The notes under the pieces: model-generated
Told to the model about the DNA's origin: nothing
What the model saw: only the letters and a program-made list of their open reading frames with translations
The model's database searches: none
Source: Chiloscyllium plagiosum
Lineage: Eukaryota
Reading direction: 5' to 3'
NCBI RefSeq assembly: GCF_004010195.1
Contig: NC_057753.1
Location: 4,143,656-4,207,655 of the forward strand
DNA: 64,000 bases
Made by a program: the position numbers and the translations under genes
Part shown: positions 13,066 through 25,361 of the stretch, in pieces
How the letters are laid out: every line of letters begins with the position of its first letter
Numbering within the stretch: the stretch's first letter is position 1

Positions 13066-14029
13066 TGCCCGAAACTTAAAAAAAATCTGTTTGTACCCAG
13101 GTGCCAGATATTTAGAATGTGTACTCAGACACAACATGGCACATCAGGACCGAGTGGCACCATGATGCTGTGTTGATTGCACGATTTGTTATGAGCCCTG
13201 GTATACGTTATGTAAATGGAGAACATTTCAATGGTAGGGAATCTGAGGTAGAAACAATGTTGGCTGGAAACGAGAAAAATTTAGGTTTTTACATTGGTGA
13301 CAATTTTTTTTAATATCAGGACGTGTGAACACATTAGAGGAAAACGTCGTAAAGCAACAGATTTTGAAATCGCAGTACCTGGGTTTTGGGAAAGTAATAA
13401 CACGGTAGGCCTTTGAAAGGGTGGGATAGAGGGAAGATTGAATGACAAAATAACTCATGCAGCAAGCACAAGGGAACTGGTAATCATTTACACTCACAAA
13501 AATGTTTGAAGACACACAGTTTGAATATCTGTACAATGTGAGTTTTACTCCTTGCAGACCTGTTAATTACGTCCAATATTTTTTTGAATTTGTTCGTTAG
13601 AGTTTCTCTCATACTCATTACTTTGCTTTTGGTTTTTTTCTACCTAATCACAAGTTCATATTTGTGGAATATCAATTGCATTTGCATTTTTTTCGCACCG
13701 GGTGCTGGGTTTCTCTCTGCTTTGCTGTTTCCTTTCATTTGTTTTAAGTTACTTCCTTGCATTTTGTTGAAATTCTCCGAAATGTGTTTAGCAGTTTGGT
13801 CTCTGTCTCTAACTCATTCTTTTTGAATCGAACTGAAATACCATTTCCTTTCATGAACCATTTATTAGGAGGTTATTGTATGAGTGTTAAACATGCAAAC
13901 ATAGATAAAAGATTGGTTGATTGGCAACATTTTAAACAAATGCTTTTACTTGCCTTTTTTCAGATTGGCAGTAGTTGCTGATCGTGGTCCTACAGAGGTC
14001 AGTGCTGGGCATTCAAATTTCTACAATTT

Positions 14030-15425
14030 ACAATTAAAGTTTGCATCAATTTCAGGTGAGGGAAACGAAGATATCAAGGTTACGTTGGCTGAGGAAATAA
14101 AGGTAGGCAGGAAAGCATCGTGCATAAAATGACATAACAAGAATGCAGACCGCAATAAATAGGCTAAATGAATGTGAAAAGTTCTGGATGACGGTAAATA
14201 ATGTGAGAAAATGTGAAAATTTTCATTTGTTTCGGAAGAATGGAAAACAATTAATACTTAATCAGACAAGGAAAGACAAGAATAAGATCTACGTGTTCTT
14301 TTTGACAAGTCACAAACATTTTTAGTAAGCAGAGCAGTGTGTAATCAGGAATACTCATCATATATTAGATTTCCGGAGGAATTGAACATTAATGTTTTGA
14401 TACCACGCTTCAGTGATACCTGGAATTGTTGATACAGCAACTCGAAGACAGCACACAGTTGTCCTCTGTTGTTGAACGAAAGACATAAATGATTTACAGA
14501 CATTTCAGATGAAGGTTACTGGGCCTGAAAATGTCTTCAACTGAGGAAGTATTGGACCTCACATGTTTGTTTTCAATGGACTCTGCCTACTTAGTAAATG
14601 TGTAGATGATACTAAGGTCGGTGGAGCTGTGGATAGTTCTGAAGGATGTTACATGTTACAGAGGGACATAGGTAAGCTGCAGAGCTGGACTGAGAGGTGG
14701 TAAATGGAGTTTCATACGGAGAAGTGTGAGGTGATTCGCTTTAGACGGAGCAAAAGGAATAAAAAGTACTGGTCTCATGTTAAGACTCCTCGTAGTATGG
14801 ATGTACAGAGTGACCTTCGTGTCCATGTGCATCGATCCTTGAAAGTTGCACGCACAGTTTGATTGGGTTGTTAAGAAGACATATGGTGTGTTAGCTTTTA
14901 ATAGTAGCGGGATTGAGTTTCGAAGCCACGGGGTCGTGCTGTGGCTGTACAAAACCTCTGGTGCAGCCGAGCTTGGAGTATTGTGTACAGTTCTGGCCAG
15001 CACATTATTGGAAGGATGTGGAAGCTATGGAAAGGGTTGAGAGGAGATTTACTAGGATGCTGCTTGGTATGGAGAGAAGGTCTTTGGCGGAAAGGCTGAG
15101 GGACTAGAAACTGTTGTCATTAGAGAGAAGGTTCAGAGGTGAATTAATTGAGATATAATAGACAATCAGAGGGTAAGACAGGGTGTACAGTGAGAGTCTT
15201 TCTCATCGGATGGTGATGGCATCGGACAGATGTCAGAAGTCGTTTCTTTACACATAGAGTATTAGGGGCGTGGAACACACTGCTTGCAATAGTAGTCGGC
15301 TCGACAACTTTAAGGGCTTTTAAATGATCGTTAGATAAACATATGGATGAAAATGGAATAGCCTAAGATAAAGGGGTTCCACACGTCGGTGCAACATCGC
15401 TGTAATTTTCTCTGTTCTATGTTCC
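14030..15425 (+). mobile_element. Two CR1/HER1 LINE 3' fragments (old 14030-14570; younger 14590-15425)
   Basis: DDTKVGGAVDS...PSLEYCVQFWPAHYWKDVEAMERVERRFTRML, with a ttctatgtt tail at ~15415. Confidence 0.88.
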
Positions 15426-15581
15426 GCTCCGAATGACTGAGCTGTAGAGTCTCCGGCTTCTGCTGGTTAGAGTTGTGAACGATGCTCTATTTGGATCATA
15501 GAATATCGTCCATGTAATTGATAGGTTGCCACTGAGATATAGTTTGAACTACTCAAGGACTGAAAACATTGCCATTATACC

Positions 15582-16249
15582 ATATCCCGGCAACATTGGC
15601 GATAATTTACGACTGAGACTAGAAAAAAAAGTTTAACTTAAAAAAGCTTTGGGAATGTGTATCCCGGAATGTTGTGCATCAACCATCTTTGAATACAATT
15701 GTCAACACGACACTTATATATTGATGCCTCGGGAAATGGAAAGACAAGAAGAGCAAGGCAGGGTCATCAATTTAAATCTTCATATCAAGTGTGATGCTAA
15801 TCTTAGCAGAGAATGCCATCAGGTCTTAAGGTATATTTATTATCTTATTGCGAGCTTATATTTTTTTCTTCTGCTTTCAAAGCACTTGTGCAAATCACAC
15901 CTTGTGATTCCCTCTATATCCCGGCATCATTGGCGATAATTTACGACTGAGACTAGAAAAAAACGTTTAACTTAAAGAAGCTTTGGGAATGTGTATCCCG
16001 GAATGTTGTGCATCAACCATCTTTGAATACAATTGTCAACACGACACTTATATATTGATGCCTCGGGAAATGGAAAGACAAGAAGAGCAAGGCAGGGTCA
16101 TCAATTTAAATCTTCATATCAAGTGTGATGCTAATCTTAGCAGAGAATGCCATCAGGTCTTAAGGTATATTTATTATCTTATTGCGAGCTTATATTTTTT
16201 TCTTCTGCTTTCAAAGCACTTGTGCAAATCACACCTTGTGATTCCCTCT
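15582..16249 (+). repeat. Near-perfect 334-bp tandem duplication (15582-15915, 15916-16249)
   Basis: Two adjacent copies with only a few mismatches, giving duplicated ORFs at 15649 and 15983. Duplication copy B has a single copy (~56812-57150). Confidence 0.95.
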
Positions 16250-17308
16250 CAGCCACCCTTCCTCGACCTTGAAATCGAACTGTTGACAAATGTCTTAGGC
16301 CTATGGCACCATGTAGCCCCTCAATGAATTTGTGGTCTCCACAGCTGTGAACTCTTAATTCCTCATCTTTTTCTTCATCTTTGTATCTTTATCCGCGTGT
16401 CTTGCTTGCATAGTGTATTCTTGTTGCTATCTCCCATATTTTTTTCCTTCAGTTGGACACTAACGTTAGGCTTCTTAACTTATTTTGCAATTTTCCTTTT
16501 AGATTTGAGAATGTCATCTGTTGCTTTCCCAAACCCAACTTGCGAACAATTTGAATGACTGTTTATTTTGTTTTCTGACATCATAAGTTCAATTATCAGA
16601 AGGTCTACGAAAGATGTTTTGAATCGGACAATACACAGGCCAAAGAGCCTTCCAGATTTGCACTTGAGGCTGCAGAAACGCTCATCTCCTCATCTGAATA
16701 CCATTGTAGCTCTTCCAAACTTTCTTTTCCAGCCGCTAACATCTGTGATGTTAGGCTATTTGTGTTATTGATTATGCATCCGATAGTTTATTGGTTGACT
16801 TTTCTTCACAAATGATATATGACTTGCATTGCTGTTGAGATCAGAGTTTCTGCATTGGGGGCGGGGGTGGCATCTTCTGCAATATGGCCGACCCCTTGTT
16901 TTTAACTGTGTCGTGATAATTATTCTCTTTCACAGTCTCTATCCATGTTGCTGTACCTTATCGTGCCTCTATCTCTATCTTTCTGTCTTTCTGACATTCC
17001 ACAAAAGTCCATTTACCTCCCTTTCGATCCCAGAGAGGAATGGCAAAGACAATAAGTAATGTTCAGTTTCCAAGGTCCAAAGATAACACTTTTTGTATTA
17101 ACCTTTGGAGACTTCTCAGATTCCATGAGGGAGACAAATTAAAAACAAGTAACTCGGCAACAGCTGCACTGGTCAACATTTTTAGCACCAGCTTTAATTA
17201 AATTAGTGTACTAAACAATCTAATTGCCTCTCTAGATTCAGTCGTAAGGTATAATAATGAGAATGTTTACATTGAATTGGAGAAAGTGCTCAGAACTTCT
17301 GATGAAAA

Positions 17309-20300
17309 ATGCATAGTATTGTAAGAGGTTTGGTGTTTTCCATTTACTATCCGGTCATTGCTGCTGTCGGAGTTCCAGGTAATGTATTGCTGGTACTTTG
17401 CACTTTCTTGATTCACTGTTGTTCTCCCTCAACAAACGACTTTTGCTCATCACGTTTCTTCAATTTACATCACTTCTGATGGGGTCTTTCTTTCGATTCG
17501 CCAGTATACTCTTTTCGCTAAAAATTGCATATTTTGCTCCTTTTCACATTATTATCACTTCCAACGACATAATTTCAAGATTTTATCATTACAAATTGTT
17601 TGCTTTTCTGGCGTAATTTGAAGGTACCAATGGTATGATTAGTCACATTTCAAATTGTTATTTCTTTTTTCTATCTACATAGTTTCTGCTCATGATAGTA
17701 TACAATCTTCTTCTTTATCTTTGTAAGTTAATACTGCCTTCTTTTGACGTGCATCATTCCCTCGCTTCAGTTGTGCAATTCATACAATATGCATTTAACA
17801 TCTCATGATTGCGTTTGTTATTTCTATTGTTACTGGGATAGTCTTAACATGACGTTATCAGATCTTGCTGGTGAACGACTAAAATGTTTTGATGAAATGC
17901 GTTTCTGTTTTTTTGCACTCAATGATCATTGCAGAAATAATCCACATCGTTAGCTCAAATCTCAAATTGCGATTATTGTCGAAAGTTAGAACTATTTTAC
18001 GATTGACTCTGACAGTGATATAATAATTCACAAATAACAGCTGAACGAATTTAACCATACAAAATTTCCCAAAATAATGTTAATGAATGGATTTTTGAAA
18101 CATCATGAATCACACCGAACTCATGAAATATACATCAACAAAATCATACTTGCCCTTTAATTGATGATTGTAATTTGCCACGACCTGATACAGCACGGTG
18201 TTTCTATTTTCAATTTCTAAATTTGGCTAAGTTATCTTGGATCTTTACATCAATATATAACTGATCGCTATTCCGATCAGCTTTTAACATGCAGACATGT
18301 CCCAGAATGAACCCATCTTCACGACATTGTTCGCATTAACTGAATCAGTATATTCGGTGCAAAGCCACACGTACAAGGACAAAGCTCTTGGTTTGATTGC
18401 CCAAACTGGCATATGTGGTTTTTTTCCCGACGAGATATATCAGCAGGGGGGCATTGCAGCCTTTCAGGAGAGGTAGCCAATTGGCATCGCCACATTCGAA
18501 TTTCAGTATTTTTGATTGACAATGAAAGCTTGATTGTTGTGATGCTGATGCTCGTATAACAAGGTTATGTTATCCTTGGCCGTTTTGTCAGAGATGTCAT
18601 ACATGCAGCGATTCTGAAACGTTTGGCTTCGATGTGTTTTATGTCCAATTTGATTATAGCTAACAGATACTGCCTCAGGTAAAACCTTTTCTGTTTACAT
18701 TATAAAAGAATCTTACACAATGAAATGGGAGTGCCCAGTCCTCCCAGCTCAGCATTTCTAGTTTGGTTTGGTTTTGGCAGTCTTTCTATTCATTGAAAGC
18801 AGTCAGATCGTGTTTTGAAACTGCTGGAGCCAAAGAACCATATCCATGCTGATACAGTCTTTCTGACAAGTCTCCTCTAAAAATCAGTGTTTGATTGTGC
18901 CTTTTGTGCCAAGGGGAGTTCATGGAGATTGTTGTAAGTATTTAGAACAGTATCATTAAGCTAGGATAGTCTGTTGGGTTTTCGGAGAGTGTATGTTATT
19001 CTGCATTGTGTTATCTTTTGTTTGTGTTTCATTCGGTAACCATGTCATTAAATTCTGTTTTGTTTAAAACTACGTGGTTTAACTAACTGCATCTCCCCTG
19101 GACGACCCGTGTTACACCTGCTTAAAACAAACAGAAAAGCGAGGGTCTGATGTATTTTCTTGAAATGTTTTGAGGGATTCTGGCCAATGTTTGGTCCATA
19201 ACGTTGCCATTTTGCGAACTGAGATTTATCAATGCCTCATTTCAAGCATTGGCTCAGCTAAACCAGAGGCAAACTAACTGTGCATAGTGCTCAAAATTTA
19301 ACAGAAATAGCAATTGAAAGTCGGCACGTCGAGCATATCTGTGGGAGGAAAACAGAGTTACATTTTTCAGACTGGTGTGCGTGCTGTTCCTCTAGGTTAG
19401 GGTATCTTATGCATGTTGTTTGAAGAATTGTCCATAACGAATCATTTTAGCCGAAAAATGTGTAAAAACTAACTCGTGGCAGAGTCATTTACAACACATT
19501 TTCTTACCTGTTCTTTTTGATCCAGTCCAATGATCAATATACACTTTTACTTAGCTGCTGTTTGTCTTGTAGATTCGTTACTAAAGTGCCTGGTGGAATA
19601 ACGTTTTCTTGCCCTCTGTTCCGTGACACTGAACCACTTTATGTTGTTGCAACATTCAGCTGCCTATATTCTGAAATTGTTATATGTTAAACTAAGGGTA
19701 TGTTTAAAAACATTGCCTGAAACATCGAAAATAATTTGCAAATTCGGACAAAGTTGTCATGCTGTAAAGTTCGTAAGATTCATTTCAAATGAATGATTCC
19801 TTTCAAGAAGCCGAATGACGTGTGTTCTCTTTCTATGCATTGCAGCTAATTTTGCCGTAATTGTGATACTTTCCCGAAGCAAATGCGGACTTTCTGCATG
19901 TGTAATTTACTACCTGATGGTGATGGCAGTGACAGACCTCTTGATCATGATGACGGCTGTAATATTAAACCGAATTGCTGGGATTTATTTCCCATCCAGT
20001 TTCCTGTCTATTACCCCGGTGTGCAGTTTCCGTTCTGCCTTAAATATCGCTTCCTTCGACTGTTCTGCCTGGTTAACAGTTGCCTTCACCTTTGAGCGAT
20101 TTGTGGCTATTTCCTGTCAGAAGCTGAAAATAAGATATTGTAACGAGAAAATGGCACGTTGGGTGATAGGAATCGTGATCGTACTGACCTGCATGAAAAA
20201 TGTTATCAAATATTTCCAATTCGAACCTACGTACATAATTAATGACGTACCCTGGTTCTGCAGCATAAAGTTATCGTACTATACATCACTGGCATGGATC

Positions 20301-20765
20301 ACCTACGAATGGATTCGCTGCATTTTGAACCCTTTCCTACCATTCATTCTGATTTTACTGCTCAATGTTCTGACTGTCAGACACATTCTAGCGGCCAATA
20401 GAACTCGGAGAAGACTGCGGACTCAGAGTAATGAAGGGAATCAGAATGATTCAGTGATGGAAAAGCGGAATAAGTCCATCATTTTACTGTTTACTATCTC
20501 GGGCAATTTTCTACTTCTAAATTTGTTGTATTTTGCAACAACCTCCTATGTCCGAATTGCAACAGTTCCTTATTCCTCAGGATCCAATGCTACTAATTCC
20601 ACATTTATTCTCCAACAAGGCGGATTTATGCTTCTGGTATTGAGCTCTTGCATGAACCCATTTATTTATGCTGGGACACAGAAGAAATTCAGAACCGAGT
20701 TAAAAACAGGGCTGAGATATCCTTTCAACCAATTGGTTAGCATGTTCAATAAAACACATTTTTAA
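17309..20765 (+). CDS. Intact two-exon GPR139/GPR142-like class A GPCR, copy A (exon 1 17309-17378, exon 2 19846-20765; 329 aa)
   Basis: Exon 1 reads ATG MHSIVRGLVFSIYYPVIAAVGVP + G|gtaatg donor. Acceptor ttctatgcattgcag|CT at 19846 is in matching phase 1. 7TM motifs: GVPAN (TM1), MAVTDLL (TM2), Cys3.25, SAWLTVAFTFERFVAI (TM3), ECL2 Cys (VPWFC), LNPFLPF (TM5), SSCMNPFIY (TM7). The ORF-track start at 19815 is intronic. Confidence 0.9.
18535..19203 (+). mobile_element. Solo LTR in the intron of GPCR copy A
   Basis: TGT...ggtccataac(g), ~670 bp, close to the 658-bp length of the LTR at 51837-52494. Confidence 0.6.
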
Positions 20766-21499
20766 AGTCTACCATGCTATATGTCTTTCTTCAACATTGA
20801 ATTTTCTTCTCCATGCAACTTTAGAAACTTGGCTTGAAATTGATTGATAAAATGAGAACTTAAGTATGTGCCAACTAGTTTGCAAGTTTAATTTTTGTAA
20901 ATTATTCTCAGTAATTTCCAGCTCTGTACCAAGTGTTGACTTAGACCGTGTACATTTCTGTCAGCCAGAAGAGGGTAATATCGCTTCGGAGGTCGAGAAT
21001 TAGCAAGTGGTCAATACTGGGATATATTATTATTTATAGTTCCAAGTATGTGAAGTGTTCAGAAAGAGGAAATGTGTCTATTCCTTTTCCCATTCCTTCT
21101 TTTTTACGACCAGTCCCTGGCTACAATATTGCCTAAATCGACAGAGTATCTTATGTGGACGTGCATTTACTGAAGTTTCATTCTTTCCCTGACTTTATTC
21201 AATTCACTGCAATATTTTCTTTTGTAATGAAGTGGATGAGTTCAGATACTGCCATTAGCCTAAGCGTGAGCTTCACCAGTTGCGCTATGCTCATTCTAAT
21301 GCGCGTCCATATAATTGTTCCTGTCTCTGCTCGATGTTTTGTTGCATCAGTGGTCTGCTTGTTAGCGCTTATATTGGAATTTCATGAGCATCGTTTTGGT
21401 TCCCAACTCCCCTGCACTGGGGATGCTATGTTGCACTGACTGGAGATATGACTACTCTGGTTCTTGAGCTGAAATCAGTGAAAAGCGATCACAGGTTTA

Positions 21500-22400
21500 A
21501 GATGTCCCACCAACTGCTCATCAATTGGGTGTCCATCCAAGTTGCTGATATACGAATGAGCAACTTGCTTTTTATTCTGCAAATGGTCTGTTTACCTATT
21601 CATTTGGGCATCCCTATACCAGGGCTAAATACGCATTTCACAGTTGCCTACCCTGTCTTCGTTCCTCTCAGATCATACATACAAGTGTGAGTAACGCGGT
21701 GCATGGAATTCTGCTTGCAGGTATTTTGTTTATTTTAGATTCCCAGTGTGCAGCACCAATCATCTATTATTGATCAGCAATCAGAAACAAGAGCTATGTG
21801 TTTAGTGATAACACCTCATCATTCCTTCCATGATTTTTCTTCCATATTCAACATTTGCTTGGCTCAAGTCACCAATGCCTCTTCAACGTTGTTCACAGTG
21901 GATAGAACACTGTTGGATTGAGATATCAAAGAGGAGTCTTGTTTGCCGTATTTAGCGACAGACTCGAACAATATTCTGATCTATTTTGCACCATTTGTGG
22001 GAAAGGCCAGAGACCTCTCCGAATCGGTCTTTCATGTCGGACACAGCTACCCTCTTATCTACAGCTCAGGTCCGTGGTCAATAACACTTTATCTTTCCCA
22101 TGAAGCACATAACGCGGCACATTAGTTACATGCAACTTGACATCAGTACTTGCCACACTCCATTTGATGACACGTCCAATCCTTTTGAGTACACGATCAG
22201 TAATGTACTACTTATTGATCGGCCTTAGGTTCCCCGTGATCTCAGGATTTTACCAAACATCGTTGCCGTCAGGTCTTGGGGACTCCATTAGTTTACTCTC
22301 CAATTCAATGGTCATACTCTTTCTCGAGCAGTTCCTCGACCTGCGTATCTCGAAAGACTGTTTGAATTTTGTTATTCATTGTATTCACTGCTACCGTTAT
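21500..22400 (-). mobile_element. Highly degenerate RTE-like LINE C-terminal remnant (duplicate at ~62380-63250)
   Basis: Minus-strand traces such as RNDEVLS, LLINNR, KIPASRIP and DVW*NPEIT resemble the RTE ORF C-terminus. Confidence 0.4.
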
Positions 22401-22624
22401 GAAATTCTTTACTAATGTTATATTTCTTCCTAACCTAGTCACAAGAGGTAGAAAAATATGCTATTCCTGCAAAACTCATAATATCCCTATTAAAATCAGA
22501 TTAATCTAAAGAAAGTCATATCGATACGCCTCGTTTTAGAGTTCTTTAGCTAACAAGTTGTAAGCACCTCGTGTTAGAGTTCGTTAGCCAACAAACATGT
22601 TGTGCCTGCAATTGTAATTCATTC

Positions 22625-23710
22625 TATTGGCTTGATGTCTGCAAGTGTCTGTAAGGCATTCGTCTACAGGTTTCGTACCAGAGGACTGGAGGATGGCAAA
22701 TGTTGTGCCCTTATTCAAGAGGTGGAGTAGAGATGACCCAAATAATTATAGACAGGTGAGCCTTACTTCTGTTGATGGAAAGTTTTTGGAAAGGATTACA
22801 AGAGCTAGGATTTATAACATCTAGCAAGGAGAAGTTTGATTTCAGATACGCAATATGTTTTTGTCGTGTCTCACAAACCTCATTGAGTTTTTTGAGAAGG
22901 TAACCAAGCATGCAGAAGAGGGTAGGGCAGTTGATGTGGTATATATGGACTTCAGTAAAGCCTTTAATAAGTTTCCACATGTTTGGCTGTTGAATAAAAT
23001 GCAGAGTCATGGAATTGAAGGTGATTTAGCAGTTTGGATTAGAAACTGGCTTTCTGAAAGAAGGCAGAGAGTGGTGGTTGATGGAGTCCGGTTACTCGTG
23101 GTGTGCCACAAGGATCAGTTTTGGGACCACTGCTGTTTGTCATTTTTATAAGTGACTTAAATGCAGGCATAAGTGGATGGCTTAGTAAATTTGGAGATAA
23201 CACTAAAGTCGGCGTAGTAGTGGAAAGTTTGGAAGGATGTTATAGGTTGCAAGGGGCCTTGAATAAACTGGACAATTGGGATGAAAGGTGGCAAATGGAG
23301 TTCAATGGAACTAAATGTGAGGTGATTCATTTTGGAAAGAATAACGGGAAGGCTGACTACTGCGTCAATGGAAAGATTGTTGGTCATGTGGATGTACAGA
23401 GGTATCTTGGAGTCCATGTACATCTCTCCCTGAAAGTTGCCACCCAGGTTGTTGGTGCTGTTAAGAAGGCATATGGTGTGTTAGGTTTCATTGGGAGAGG
23501 CACTGAGTTCTGGAGCTGCAATATCATGCTGCAGCTGTATAAAATCCTAGGGCGGCCGCAATTGGAATATTTTGTACAGTTCTGGTCGTGGATGACGATG
23601 TGATAGTGTAGGTGGACGAACTGAGAATAGTTCACAGGTTGTCACAACATTGAGGGCCGAAGGGCCTTTTCTGCAGTGTATTATTTTATATTCTATGTTC
23701 TATGTTCTAA
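22625..23710 (+). mobile_element. CR1/HER1 LINE RT-to-3' fragment with (TTCTATG)n tail
   Basis: SCLTNLIEFFEKVTK...VDVVYMDFSKAF...PQGSVLGPLLFVIFI, then tail gagggccgaagggcct...ttctatgttctatgttcta. Confidence 0.93.
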
Positions 23711-25361
23711 GTGTGTTTTAAACAGGAGATTCCTTTTCAGTCGCAATTTACTGTCCTCACTCTAAACATTTCTACACGGCTGCATGTGCCGTTCTCATTC
23801 GGCTGTTCGAACCATGTCTTGAGGGTACATTGCAGGGTGACTGGAATAAGATGGAGGAAAGGCATGGACCCATTGTATTTTGCCTCTGCACGAACTATCC
23901 CTGATTGAAATACCACCAGCACTAAGTACAGGACTGGAGACGTGGATGAAATGATCTATTTCAGATCTCAAACGACTTCCCAGTGGAGGTTTCAGAATCA
24001 CAAAATGTTTCAGACGGAATCACTCAGACCAACATGACTGTCCAGTTTCTCTGAGATTTTATTATTGCCAATCTTCCGCCTGACATTGAGACACATTTGA
24101 GGCAGTGAGCAAAATCTAGTTCAGAGTGCAGGCTTTCAGAACTAGCCTATGGAAAAGAATACAAATCATGTTCGAGGGAATAGCAATTGTTATTGGTACA
24201 GATGAAGGAATTGTTTCATTTCCATGGAAAGACAATGTCTGGAGGAGAAAAGAGGCTAATGTAAAAAAGAAACAAGTGGCAAAAAACAATGTCGGTAGCA
24301 GTGTTCTTAATTCACTGTTGGTCGAGTAGTGAGAATTCAATACTCCTCCTACTGCAGCCGGGGTTCAACTCCCTCTCAGGGATTGATAGTTCATTGCTCG
24401 AGTGCAAATTGTCGAAATAAGATGTATTTACTCCTTTTATTACAAATCCAAAGCAATTCTGATGGAATTGATGAGATGTACGGTTACAGAGTATGAGTAA
24501 AATATTAAACTCTTCCTCTAATTTGTGCGTCAGGACATTTCAGTCCTTCATAATTTCAGATCTTTTTAACTGGAGGGGAAAATTCATGTGATCGGAAGTG
24601 AGCATATTGACTGAATAGTGAATGTCAATTTCTCATCGCAGTTAGCCCATTTCGTTCATGTCCGGTTTTTAAACAGAATCCTTCGAGGGAAATTCTTGCA
24701 CGATAGAAGTTGAATTGGGCATGCACTGGTTTCAAATCACATAAAATGGGAAACAGTTGTCAGGAGGACTGGATACTGAATAGGAATGTTCACATGAATA
24801 TGAAGATTGTCTCCTTCACTGGTGGGTCAGAACAGGGCTGGCCCTCAACATTGCTCTCAAATGAAATTTTTGGATAATTGCATCAGTGCAGCTGATCATT
24901 GAATCCATCATGATTGTGGTTAGACATGATACCTGCAATGTTACCAGTCTCAATGTCGCACCCCTACTACTTTCTCTGCTTAACATATTTGTCTCGTATT
25001 TCCTCTACCCTGCTGTCAGAATGAAAAAAAAACAGATTCTTTGCTAGATTAAATTCCAGCCGCAGACAACCTCTGCAGACAACCTCTATTGACAGGCAAC
25101 CCTGTCAATATTGGGACTGTTGTTAATCTTCCCACGTAATCTTACTGAGAAGATTGCGTGGGAAGATTAACAACACACACAGGCAGGGAATGAATACAGA
25201 GATCCTCCTGCACAGAAAGCCTCCAGTTAGCCCTGTATGCTGCTATAAAAGAACAGTTGTGATTGGTCAGAAATAACATGCATGCTCATGTGTTTGCACC
25301 CGCATTGTCATCATCACCCGTCTACTGTCACTATCGGTATAATCAGTGCTTCGTGACCTCT

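Larger units (their letters stand above)
12117..23172 (+). repeat. Segmental duplication, copy A (paralogous to 53310-64000)
   Basis: Continuous colinear similarity at an offset of ~41 kb, covering the SINE, CR1 fragments, GPCR exons and intron, and 3' flank. Confidence 0.95.

Noticed and set aside
15649..16327. Two identical-start ORFs suggesting a duplicated small gene
   Set aside because: They are a by-product of the 334-bp tandem duplication, start at a non-ATG codon, and the frame is not conserved in copy B.
19815..19845. ORF-track N-terminus MTCVLFLCIA as the start of a single-exon GPCR (likewise 60708)
   Set aside because: It is the polypyrimidine tract and acceptor. The true first half of TM1 is in an upstream exon with a phase-matched donor.
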